Origin: Amoebophrya sp. A120 | Taxonomy: Eukaryota; Protista; Dinoflagellata | Reading direction: 5' to 3' | Length of the DNA: 64,000 nt | NCBI GenBank assembly: GCA_905178155.1 | Contig: CAJINV010000002.1 | Location: 11,844,591-11,908,590, forward strand | Part shown: positions 24,295 through 35,700 of the stretch, piece by piece | Position numbering within the stretch: the stretch's first letter is position 1 | How the letters are laid out: the number at the start of each line of letters is the position of its first letter | Program-made: the position numbers and the translations under genes | Notes under the pieces: model-generated | The model's database searches: none | Told to the model about the DNA's origin: nothing | The model's input: only the letters and a program-made list of their open reading frames with translations

Positions 24295-25391
24295 GCTATT
24301 TGATAGCGCAAGCAGTACGACGCGTCTTCAAAATATAATGTAGATTTTTGTCACACGCACGTGCGTGGCATCATTCGATTCTCATTCAAAGCCGCTCAAT
24401 TACTGTCTAAATAAACTGCTCGTTTTCTTGTAGCAAGCGGAGCTTTTCTTGTAAAATTGAAACGCGGACATTGATTCTGTTTTGTGAGAAGCTGCTGACC
24501 AACAGCAACATGTACAATGCGAGTTCTCGCAGCTAGGAAGGTCTCCCTCTCAGCTGCTGAGTTTAATTTTTGGACGATTGGAATGAACTTGACATCCACT
24601 TGAGGTAGGAAATTTTTCAAAATCGGAGCTAAACTAAATTCCTCCAGCCCCGCAACAAAAATGCTATGCAGATGAGGGGCCGCGGCATCGTGATCGTTCT
24701 CACAAAGCCTGCGAGAAGTGTAAAAAATGTCCTGTTCGACTTCGAGGACAGATCCACCTAGAAATAAACACAGAAACGCTCTTGGGACGTGTTCGTTCAG
24801 CCCGTGCAGGTTAGGTTCGTACCATTCGTGCGCGAAGAAAACGTTGGTAGTCGTCGTCCTTGCTTTCGATGTGCGTCGCGTCCAAAAAGTATCGGTATCC
24901 TGAAAAGGTGGAGCAACTACACGTCTTTATCCTTGAATGATCTTTTGTCGTACAATCCTTAGAAGTGTTGGAATCCATCGTCCATGTGGGATCGTGTCGT
25001 CAACTTCGTATTCATTTTTCGTTCCGGCTCAATTTCCGCAGAGCCATTAAGGTTGCTTCAGTCGTGCTTTGACTTTGTTCGGTAGTTTTTTAGCGTCGGC
25101 GGTGATGTGCGCATGCGCGTGTGGTCTTTATTTTATAATTTAAATCTTTCCTCCTGCGATTGATACTGGTAAGTAGTGCCATTATTTAACAGTTCCCCCT
25201 CAACTACACGTATTTTTCCACATTTGGTCTCGCACCTCGCCTTCGGTCATTTCATCTCATATCGAAGTCGGTCTTTCCACTGCCTGCGCAATTATTCCAT
25301 TAAGGAGTTTTACTGACAGTGACAACTACGCGATACTGTTCATATTACCAGAGGCAAAAATCAGAAAAGCCCGGAGCCGGAGGGAAAAAAA

Positions 25392-27908
25392 ATGTCGTGG
25401 CTCTGGGACAAGGTTGGCGACCTGATCGCCTTCGTGCGGCTGCCGAAAGAGGTGGTGATCGAGAACCGGCGGCTGGGGTTCTTGCACAAGCTGCTCACCT
25501 TGGCCACGCTGATATTTGTCTTGTACACCAGCATCACCGCCCAGATCTGGAACGAGCGGTTCGTGCCGGTGCACAGCTCCGTGTCCCTGTGGTCGGGCAG
25601 CCCCCCCGCGTACGACGCCTCTGCCACGCCGCTGCCGCAGCACTGCGACACGGCAACCCTGGCGGCCACTTACAACTACGACTGGGATGCGACCGAGAAG
25701 TACCGCCCCGCACAGTGCTTGCCGATGCCGGTGGGCGAGCACATGTGGAAGCTGGGGTCGCAGATGTACATTCCCACCTTTGTGCAGGACTCGCTCTACG
25801 ACGGGAACAGCACCGCCTCTGGCCGCGCCGAGTGGTTCGTGGCCAACGTGGAGGAGCAGGTCTTTTACTTCAACCACGGCTACGAGACGAACACGGAAAA
25901 AAGCTCGGACGAGATCCAGCAGGGCCGCGATTCGACCCAAGCGGAGATCGGCGAGCCGGGCGACGCGCCGACAACCGTATCGGGCCAGGAGGGGCAGATT
26001 CTGACCGTCATCCAGAACGAAAGTGGCTCCCGGGAGTGCGTGGTCGGCGGACGCTCTCGGTGGGAACCGGCCGATGCCTCGAAGGGCATCAACGGCAAGC
26101 TCAAGGAGTGGCTCGCTTGTGCCGGTGTCAATCTCGACAGCGACGCACCAAAGGTATACTAGTCTAAAACTATGCTTCCAAAAAGGCTGAGATCACGCGC
26201 GCGCGGCTTTTACTTTTTTCATTTTTTGTTTGCACTATTGTTTCATCTCTATGTTCTTGCAGGGGCATCGTCTTCCTTGACAGCGAACCGCACCTAGGCT
26301 CTTGTCGCTGTCAAGGAAGACGATGCGCAGCTAAACCGCATGCACAAGCAACGACAAAGTGCTTTCGTGATTATAAAAAATAAAAAATGGTCGAGTTAAA
26401 CGCGGCCGCAAAAGTCAATGCCTTCTTGTGTCCGCCATCCGACTTCAGAGAAGTCGTACTGAGTCTACTGAACAAGTACAAATCATATAAACTTATCGCT
26501 TGAACTTGAACTACAGTTGAAGACGGGGCTTGCCGGCGAAGTTGGGACACCCAAAATGCGCGTGACGGGGATGCAGCTGAAGCTGCAGATGGTGTACCAC
26601 AACGCGAAGGAGCACAAGGAGGACTTCGAGGGCGTCGTGTGCTACGTGCGTGTGCGTGCGGTGCCCTTGTGGAACTCGAACCAGGTGGTGGCCTACACCG
26701 CCGTCCCCAGCCTCGGTTCTGCGTCGAACGCCGACGGCAAGTACCGGTACCGCTACCAATACGGGGTATCGGTGACCCTGGAGGCCACGGGCCGCTTCTC
26801 GTTCTTCGACCTGAACGCGCTGATCACGGGTATCGTGAACGCGCTGGTCCTGCTCGCAATTCCGACCACCGTGATCAAGGTGATCGCGCTCAACTGCGCG
26901 GGCCCTGCCTCTGCGGTGTACACGCGGGTGCAGGCAGAGCCGCTGGACCTGACCAAGGCGATCTACGGGACCTGCGCCCGGAAAATCGTCACCGCCCAGG
27001 TGTACAAGGCCATGATCGAGAACCGGAACAAGAAGCGCAAGTCCTCGGCGTCCGAGCCTGGCGACAACGTCGTGCCTTTCAACGAGGAATTTCTGGAGCA
27101 GAAGTTGGTGGAATGCTTGGCGCAGTGCGTGCAGGACGGGCATCTGGACGAGAAGGATCTGCTCTGCATGACGCAATCGATGATGCACGGACTGGACGTG
27201 GACCGGACGGGCACCATTCAGCTGAATGAGTTCGTGGAGTCGTGCAGCATCGGGGACCAGGTCTCCTCCACGGAGTTGGGCGCCTTCTTTGACCTCGAAC
27301 GGGAGCGGGGCTTCCTGGAGCGACTGTTCACGGACCGGAAGATGCGGTCGATGATCAACAAGGCGCACGACCACGAGGCGGAGGCGCGCGCCTCGATCGA
27401 GACCCGCAAGTCGGAGAGAGAACGCCTTGCGGTGATGGCACTGCAAAATGGGGGCGGGGAAGGCGAGGCAGGAGCGATGCCTGTGCCGGGGCAGGAGCTG
27501 GACGGCTTCATGGAATTGGAGGACGAACAGGAGGAGGGTCGCCCGCAGCCCGAGGCCTATGGGAGGACCGCGCCGGCAGGGGCGCGGGTGCAGGACGTGG
27601 GCCTCGACATCGAGCTGGAGCGGGAGGACCGCGCCCACCGGGCGAAGAAGCGCAGTTCGGGCCGCAGCGGGGGCAGCAGCGGCGACCTGGGCGGGGACAG
27701 CGGGACCCGGCGGGGGTCCCAAACCTTCCAGTATTACAACGAGACCCGGATCGCCGATCCCGTCCTGTCCTACGCGGAAACCCTGGTCGCGCAACACGTG
27801 GTGAACGAGCGCGGGCAAGCACAGGTTGGCGTCGATGCAGATGAACAACCTTCGACGCGGAAGTTGTCACGCGGGAGAAAGTCACCCGCAGAAGCACCGT
27901 GGCCCTGA
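25392..27908 (+). CDS. P2X-receptor-like ion channel with C-terminal EF-hand; exons 25392-26153 and 26517-27908
   Basis: TM1 region PKEVVIENRRLGFLHKLLTLATLIFVL. Pre-TM2/TM2 region YGVSVTLEATGRFSFFDLNALITGIVNALVLLAIPTTVI. EF loop DVDRTGTIQLNE. One GT-AG phase-0 intron. Confidence 0.78.
26265..26326. repeat. Perfect 22-bp inverted repeat (hairpin) in P2X intron
   Basis: gcatcgtcttccttgacagcga (26265-26286) and tcgctgtcaaggaagacgatgc (26305-26326), with an 18-nt loop. Confidence 0.93.
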
Positions 27909-29763
27909 ATAGAAGTTCCGTTCGGGCCGGATGTTCAGCGTCACCGTAGCGAACGATTTTGCCTTTAAGTACCATATTTCGTTTATCCGTACTAAGTAAA
28001 AACATGGCATTGCTCTCAATTTATTTGCACGGTTAGTTTTCAGTTTCACGAGTTTTGGTTTTCATAAAGTAGGGTCGGTGACGAGATTGAGAAGTAATCA
28101 TGCACTTCTCACGTCTTGTTTGGAATTGCAACACTGCCGTAACGAAACCAAATGTAATGTACCCGTATGAACCTAAATCACAAGCGCATTCTCTTTCACG
28201 CCCACACTCACAAGCATTCCGGAGCTGCATGTAGCTTGCCCTGCGTTGCTCCGTGACATCTGTCAGTAAGCACCCCCATCCCAAACGGTATGATGAATAC
28301 TCCACTAACCCCGGTGACTATATTTTCAAAGTTAGTTGTACTATTTATTACACTATTCCCTTTCCGGCCTCTGCTGAAGAAAAAAATTGTTTCATCTGCA
28401 TTTCTGGATCGTATCGCATCTGTATGTACAATTAGAACAGTAGGCAGGAGTACCAATACACTGACTGCCAATCTGGACAAAGACTGGTTAAGAATACGAA
28501 GAACTACTGTCCATCTGAGTGCACGACAACGAGTCCGAATAAAATGCTACTTAACGTCAACGGACCCAGAAGATCTTCCCCGTTCTCCACAAAAAAGGTG
28601 CTACTTTGAAGATTCCCTTCCAAAATATAGCGTTGCTTCACACCGCACGCAACTTGCACTTCGATTTCCTGCGGATCTATCTCGCAGACTCGTGTTCCGC
28701 CTTTGACTTTGTAGCAAGAGTGCCGTTATTAATGCAGCGCATTGCAGGATCACGATCACATTGTTCAACCTCAGACAGAGTTCGAAAGGAACCGACATCA
28801 AGACTGATATTTTCCTGTTCTAGTTCTGCAGAAAAAGGAAAAGACAATGCGGCACCTGCAGTTGGCATGACTAAAACGAATGACCGAAAAATGAAATCGC
28901 TTGCGCGCGACTTGTGGAAGGAAAAAAACGAGAAGATCCGAGAATGCAGTACAATTACAGTCTGTTGTTCCACTTCTGCTGCAGCGTTAGTGTCAAGAAT
29001 TATACGGGATATTTTTAAGTGATAGCGCACTTATTTTTCCCATTCTTGTCCGCTTTGACTACCAACTTACTTGTATGTAATTGCGGCGACTAAGTAGCAG
29101 TAGCACTTAAAATTTCCGAGCCACTGACTTGAATTACCGCTGATGTTTTGCAGTTTCGACTTGCAAAGTAGCCTTTTTGATTTTGTAAAATTCATCAAGA
29201 AGAATCGTATATCGAACCTCTAGTTTCAGTATGCAAGTGCCGCACTCATTGTAATCTTGCAGTCCGACTCCGCAGACAATCTGTGGGACAAAAAAAAAGA
29301 ATTCCTGAAAACATGGACGTGGTGTCACAAAAGGGAACTGCGCGCAGCTGCAAGATTTGCGAAGGCAGGAAGCAACGCAGCAGTGTCGTAAAAGCACAGT
29401 CGGCGTTGTGTCTCAGCGTCTGTTCTTCCACCCCCGCAAACACTTTTCCCAGGCTGAACTAGGTGTGTAGCATTCCTGCATTCCAGAAAGTAAGAGGACG
29501 CCAAAAAGAAATCCAGCAGCATTTATTCGACACGCTCGACCACACGTGTTTCACACCCCGAACGACATCTTGAACAAGCTTGTAAGCTCACTGGACCCGC
29601 AACTGCTCTGGGAGCTGAAGACAAGGAAAAACTGTACCAGGAGCGCTGTTCCCAAGTCGGAAAATTGATTGTAATTGTATGAAGTAAGACGACAAAGAAT
29701 TTTGGTGCGCGTGGAATCCGGTTCCCGAGGCTAGCGGATTAAAATCAAGTTCTGGCGGCTAAG

Positions 29764-32700
29764 ATGTCGAGCGGCGGTTGGGGAGACTGGAGCTCCTACT
29801 GGAGGCGTGGGAGTAACAATGACAACACCGCTCAAAACAACAACCAGACAGGGGGCTCCCAGGCTAGCAACCAGCAAAACAACCGAGGGAGCGGAAACAG
29901 CATGAGCGCCGACGGGCGAAATTCGCAGCAACAGGGTGCAAATAACCCGCAAGGGGGCTATAATGCCACACAAAATAATAACCAGGCCGGGCCGAGCACT
30001 AATGGAACCGGTGGCAACGCGAACACCGCGCAGTCCGTCGGCAACAGCGGTGCAGCGGGCGGAGCCACTGCTGCGGGAAATAACAATAACAACCCCTACC
30101 AGAACTTCGGACCAGGACAGCAAGGTGGTAACAATCGGGGGTTTGGATCGCAAAACCAGCCGACAGGCTCGATTGGGACCATGAACCACGGTATGGCAGC
30201 CACTTTCCAGGGGACGAATGCAGGGGGCGCGGGGCAAAACAATATGGGCGGTGGCAACATGAACCAAATGGGTGGAGGCATGATGGGCGGAAGCCAAAAC
30301 AGTAACCCGAACGCCATGGGGGCTGCAAACAGTATGCAGAACACAATGAGTGGAAGCAACCAGAACCCTGGCATGATGGGCTACGGTGGGGCAAACCAAC
30401 AAAACCAAAATGCCGGCAGCATGATGGGCGGGCAGGGGAACGCGATGCAGATGCAGAACAACATGAACGCACAGAACCTGCAACAAAGCATGAACCAACC
30501 TGGGGGCGCGAGCAACCAAAGCACGGCGGGAGGCGGCCCGGTCGTGGGAGCTCTTTCTATGAGCAATTTAACCCAGATGTCCAGCTCCTTGCAGCAGCAG
30601 CAGCAGCTGTCGCATCAGCAGGGGGGTCCGGGAGCAAATCAGATGATGCAGGGCGGGATGTACGGGGCGCAGAACACGATGAATTTGCACCAGAACCTGA
30701 TGAACCCGGACGGCACCATGCCGGATCAGGGTTCTTTGAACGCGTCCACGATGAGCATGAACCAAAACGACGGCACGCAGTCGCAGGTTGGTCAGCTGAC
30801 GGCCACGCAGTCGATGATGAGCTCGCACTCGAACGTCGGCGGCATGGGGCAGCACACGCAGAGCCAGGGCGGCGCTGCGGGTTCCTTTAACCAGTTTCAG
30901 TACAACCAGCAGGGCAGCAGCAGCAGTTTGAACGCGGGACAAGCCGGGCAGCAGTTCCAATACAACATGGGCGGGGGCCCCGGGTCGCAGTTGCAAACGC
31001 AAGGCAGCGCCACGTTTTACCCCGCCGCCACCTTTTCGCAGAACCCCTCAGGAAACAACCTGATTCCGGCATCCACCACCTCGGGCACCGCGGTGCAGAT
31101 GGGGTTCCAGGCCCCGCCTACTTCCACTGGCACCACGGCCAGCGGTGCCGCCGCGCCGGAGCCACCGAAGAAGAGCAAGGCGTTTGCAATCATCAATCCC
31201 AACACAGGGAAGAGCATAAGTGACCAGGTGAAGGACGACGAGGCGCGCCGCCAGAGCAAGGAAAAGCAGGAAGAGGGAGGGTCGGCGCTCGCCAAAACCC
31301 AGTCGCTGCTCGTCGGGGCGGGCGCTACGGCAAATGGCACAGCCACGAATGAGCAGACGCCCGCAAGCACCTCCGCGGACCCCAAGCAAGCCCAGACCGT
31401 GCCCGCGACCCCGATCGTGCTGGCCGCGGCCGACGGTGGCGCCGGCACCGCGGCGCCGATGGCGACACCGGGCGCACCAGATGGGGGCGACGGACCGGCG
31501 TCTACGGCCGGCAAGAGAGAGGAAGCGCCGGAGCAGCCGGGGAGCGCGGAGTCAACAGGCAGCAAGCTCCCGGTGTCAAGTACGGAGTCCACGGCAGGAA
31601 CCAGCAAGTTGGCGAAGCAGCGCGATATGTTTGCTGCGTTCGACGAAAAGACCAAGGGGCGGAGTAATGCGGCCTTTCTTCAATCGAAAGGCCTCGGGCT
31701 CGGTGTCCAGACCGCGACCAGGAAGGATCATAAGGCCTTTATCAACACTGGGGCAAGAGCACAGCATCACCTCCAGCACCACGATATCAAGGAGCCGCAC
31801 AGTAAAAACGGAGCAGACGTGAAGAGCAAGGAGCACATCAAGAAGGAAGGCGCGACAAGCAAAGCGGGGGTGCTGGATGGGTACGCTACCTTGCAGGAGT
31901 ACATGAAAGCGCAGCAGGAGAAGGCGCATCTGCCGAAGCCTCATAAAGCGGCGAAACAAAATAAGCCGTCACCCACTCTGCAGCCCCAGCCTGTTGCTTC
32001 CGGCGCCGGGGAGCAGCCGCCCACCTCGCGGCCGAAGCCACAGCAGCCTGACGCGGCGTTGAGCGAGCACCTGAAAGAGGATGCTGTGCACCAGCCGCTG
32101 GCGCCGATGGAAAAGTTGCACGCAAAGCTGGCCGCCAAACGAGGCGGAGATAAGTATTTCAACGCGGATCACAAGTTCGAGAACCGCGACGACTTAAAGA
32201 AGCAGTTTATGGAAAGTCTGCAAAAGATCAGTCGGCGGGAGAAACACCGCAGCAGCGCGGACGCCGCGGACAGGGATACGGGGAGCCTACTGAAAAGCGG
32301 GCCCAAGAGCGACAAGCCGGCGACACCATCACCCACGACGGAGCCGGAGGATGGCGGGCGGAAGGCGTTCCAGCCCGGCTCCCGCACTACCGCGCAATCC
32401 AAGGACACCACGCTGCGCACGCGCAACCAGTCGGCGAAGCCCTCGCACCGCAACGATTTGATCGCCGCCCTCGCGCTGGATAGCGAACACGGGACGACGC
32501 GCCAGGCGCGCCGCAGCGTCAACAGCTTGGACCTGCACAACAAAACCACCTCCAGCTCGTCCAAGCGGTCCAATCGCTCCCCACTAGATGCCGGCGGTAA
32601 CGTGCCGGACCCCCGTACCTCGGACATGAGCGCATACACCTTAGGGGGCAACAAGCGCGAGAAGAAGAAGCTGCAGAATCGTGCGCTCGCGGACCTGGGG

Positions 32701-35700
32701 AATGCAGCTGCAGAGCCTGGGGGCGGCGGCGCTCAGGCTGACGGAAAAGTACTTTTCTTTACTTGCGATACTTCTGACGTTTTGATGGAGATATTTTGAC
32801 TTTCTACTAAATAAACATGTACATCATGGAATCACTACAGCCGGTTGACGCGGCTCCTCACATCCCTGCAGCCAGCAAGTGCTGGTGTTCTTTTCTTGTT
32901 GTAGGAAAGCTGTGCATGAAATTCTAGATGAAGGCACACGGATAATAAGAGAGCTGTTCGTCAGACTTGCGTGTGCCTACGTATCTGAAATCAACAAAGA
33001 TTTGACCTCTACTCTAACTTGTCAGGGTCAGCAGACGGCGCAACCACCTTTACCCATTGGTACCCTATCCACCGCCAACGTGCGCGCCTTCACTCAGGGA
33101 ACAGGGTACCAACCGAACGACGCGTACTTGTATCAGGCGGGCTTTCCGCAAAACCAACACCATATGATGATGGCGCAAAACAACATGCACGGCATCGCCA
33201 ACGGTGCTCAGCAAAATCAAGTCGGAATGCAGCAGCTGCCCGTTGCTTCCCAAGATCTCACCCAAGGCACGGAAGCACTCTACCAAGCAATGCGCATTCG
33301 CTTTGACGAGCTCAAGATACCCGGGGAGCTGATGATGAAAACAGTATTTCAAAATTTCCATACACTTTCTCGCCCTTTGTTGTACATGCACTTAGACATC
33401 ATCTTCCAGGCTCGCAGCGTACTATCGAATCAAAATCTGGATGAAGAGACAGTGCAAAGTCTGCTTGCTTTATATAGTGTGCAAAACCATAATATCCGCA
33501 ACAAAATCATAGGCGGAATATTGTATGCACCTCGTAGTCACCAACGAGATTGACGTGGAGGTGCAGCAGGTGCTAGCGAACGCTCCCGACAACAACATAG
33601 TGCAAGTGCGCGGACAGATGATGCGTAGTGCACAACATCGTGGGGCGCAGCTTTTGGCCGCCTGGGCCGTGCGCGAGGATTTGTTCTTTGACGTAAAGAA
33701 CCCTCCGACACTTACCGACCTCCAACAGACTATCATGGATTGGTATAGCCGCGGCCAATGGCAGCAAGCGGATGGTACGTGGGGACGCAGGACCTTTAAC
33801 GAAATCATCGCTGCACCTATGCACACGTACTTACCATTTTTCCCAATGATTATTTCTGACTAATTCTCAACTGATTTTTGCTCGCGGCGATCCGGATTGT
33901 TGCCGGCATGCTTGAGATGTCAAACTGAAATCTACTTTAACTTTTACAAAAACCCTTCTAGGGTAGTTGCCATGTTGAAGATGAGTCAGCTTAGTACTTA
34001 GAGGCTGTGCAACAATTGGACCCCCTTTCGCCAAGGCGAAAGGGGGGGGGGGTAGGTTGGTCCAATTCCGGAGGACGGGGGCTGGCACCCCGACGCAAGG
34101 GCGGCGGGGGCTCCCGTCGGTCTCGCCCCACAGACAACAATCGAACGCCCGGCGGCTCTTCTTCGTGTGCCGCCTTCGCAGGTGGCGGCTGTTCGGTTGG
34201 TCGGCAGTAGGCCCACAGGCGTACGCAACACGGCCGAAACCATTTGCCTGCTATCTATGGGCGAGTCCAGAACCGGGCGCGCCGTAGCATGTGCGTCGGG
34301 GCGGGCAGCCCTAGGAGGGCGGGCGCCCGCGGTGTTTTTCTTCACAGACATTCCGAGCAGCAAGGTGCATCGGGTCGATTGCGGGCGCCCAATGTCATGA
34401 CCCCGGGCTCCCCGTGCTGCTTGGGGGGGGGTTTGACAAGTCGGTGGGCACATGGGGTCGGCCCGAAGTTTTTTTGCCCCGTGTTGTGAGGCGCAGGCGG
34501 AGGGGGTGGGGAGGCATCCATGCGCGCGCTGTCAGGACCGGCGAGCACAGACGGAGGCATGCAGTGTGATGCAAATGTAGTCCGAACGGGCGCGCGCAGC
34601 GCGCCCCGCAAAATTTGCCACATTAGCACTACGCGCCCGCCACCACAAATAAAACGAACAGAACAAACCTGCTCGGTTTATCGGCAGCGGGCGCGCGCAG
34701 CGGGCCCCGCAAAATTTGCCACATTAGCATCACGCGCCCGCCACCACAAATAAAACGAACAGAACAAACCTGCTCGGTTTATCGGCTGCGGGCGCGCGCA
34801 ACGCGCCCCGCAAAATTTGCCACATTAGCATTACGCGCCCGCAACCACAAATAAAACGAACAGAACAAACCTGCTCGGTTTATCGGCAGCGGGCGCGCGC
34901 GGCACGCCCCGCAAAAATTTCCACATTACCAGTACGCGCCCGCCGCCACAAATAAAACGAACAGAACAAACCTGCTCGGTTTATCGGGAGCAGGCGCGCG
35001 CAGCGCGGCCCGCAAAATTTTCCACATTACCATTACGCGCCCGCCACCACAAATAAAACAAACAGAACAAACCTGCTCGGTTTATCGGGAGCAGGCGCGC
35101 GCAGCGCGAATTTTTTTGAATTCCGGCAGCGCGAGCACTGATCGCAGCTCAAGGCCTGCTCGCAGCGGGCACGCGCACCGCGCCCCGCAATTTTTTTCAC
35201 TGCGCACAGCTCCCGGCGAAAGGGGGGGGGGAGGGGGGAGGTTGGTCTCCAGCGGGCCGCTACCCCCCCTTTCGCCATGGCGAAAGGGGGTCCAATTGTT
35301 GCACAGCCTCTTACATGTCTTTACGCTAAAAAATAGGACTGGTGACGTGGCACCCGTGCCGTCACCCAGCCCGCCCACTTCGATTCCGGTCCGCGATCTG
35401 ACAGAGGAGTTTCAGACGCAGCTGCATGGCACGGTATTGTGAAATTTTTGTTTTTTCATGTTGCGGTTTCATCAAAAGTTGTATGAGATTGTCGTAAGTG
35501 TCGTGTTGTAACTCTTGGAGTATCGCCTTTTGATCATGGGTTGTGAGTTGCTGGTGTAATTTAGTGCTGCTCAGCTCGAAAAAGTACTCTGTAGAAGTAG
35601 GAGCTCTCCTGGTTTTCGCAGATCTTCGCCCGATTTCATCACGTTCTCTCGCTTGGGGTTTTTCGAAAACTTCACACGCGAGGAACTTGCGCCTGCGCAA

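Noticed and set aside
28030-29560. Possible AT-rich multi-exon genes (also 40800-42350, 53400-55600, 63140-64000)
   Set aside because: Short ORFs and splice-like sites exist, but I could not build a consistent model or recognise a domain. Left uncalled rather than declared non-coding.
34588-35109. Regularly spaced repeats as a CRISPR array
   Set aside because: Whole 101-bp units are near-identical with no unique spacers, there are no cas genes, and the context is eukaryotic.
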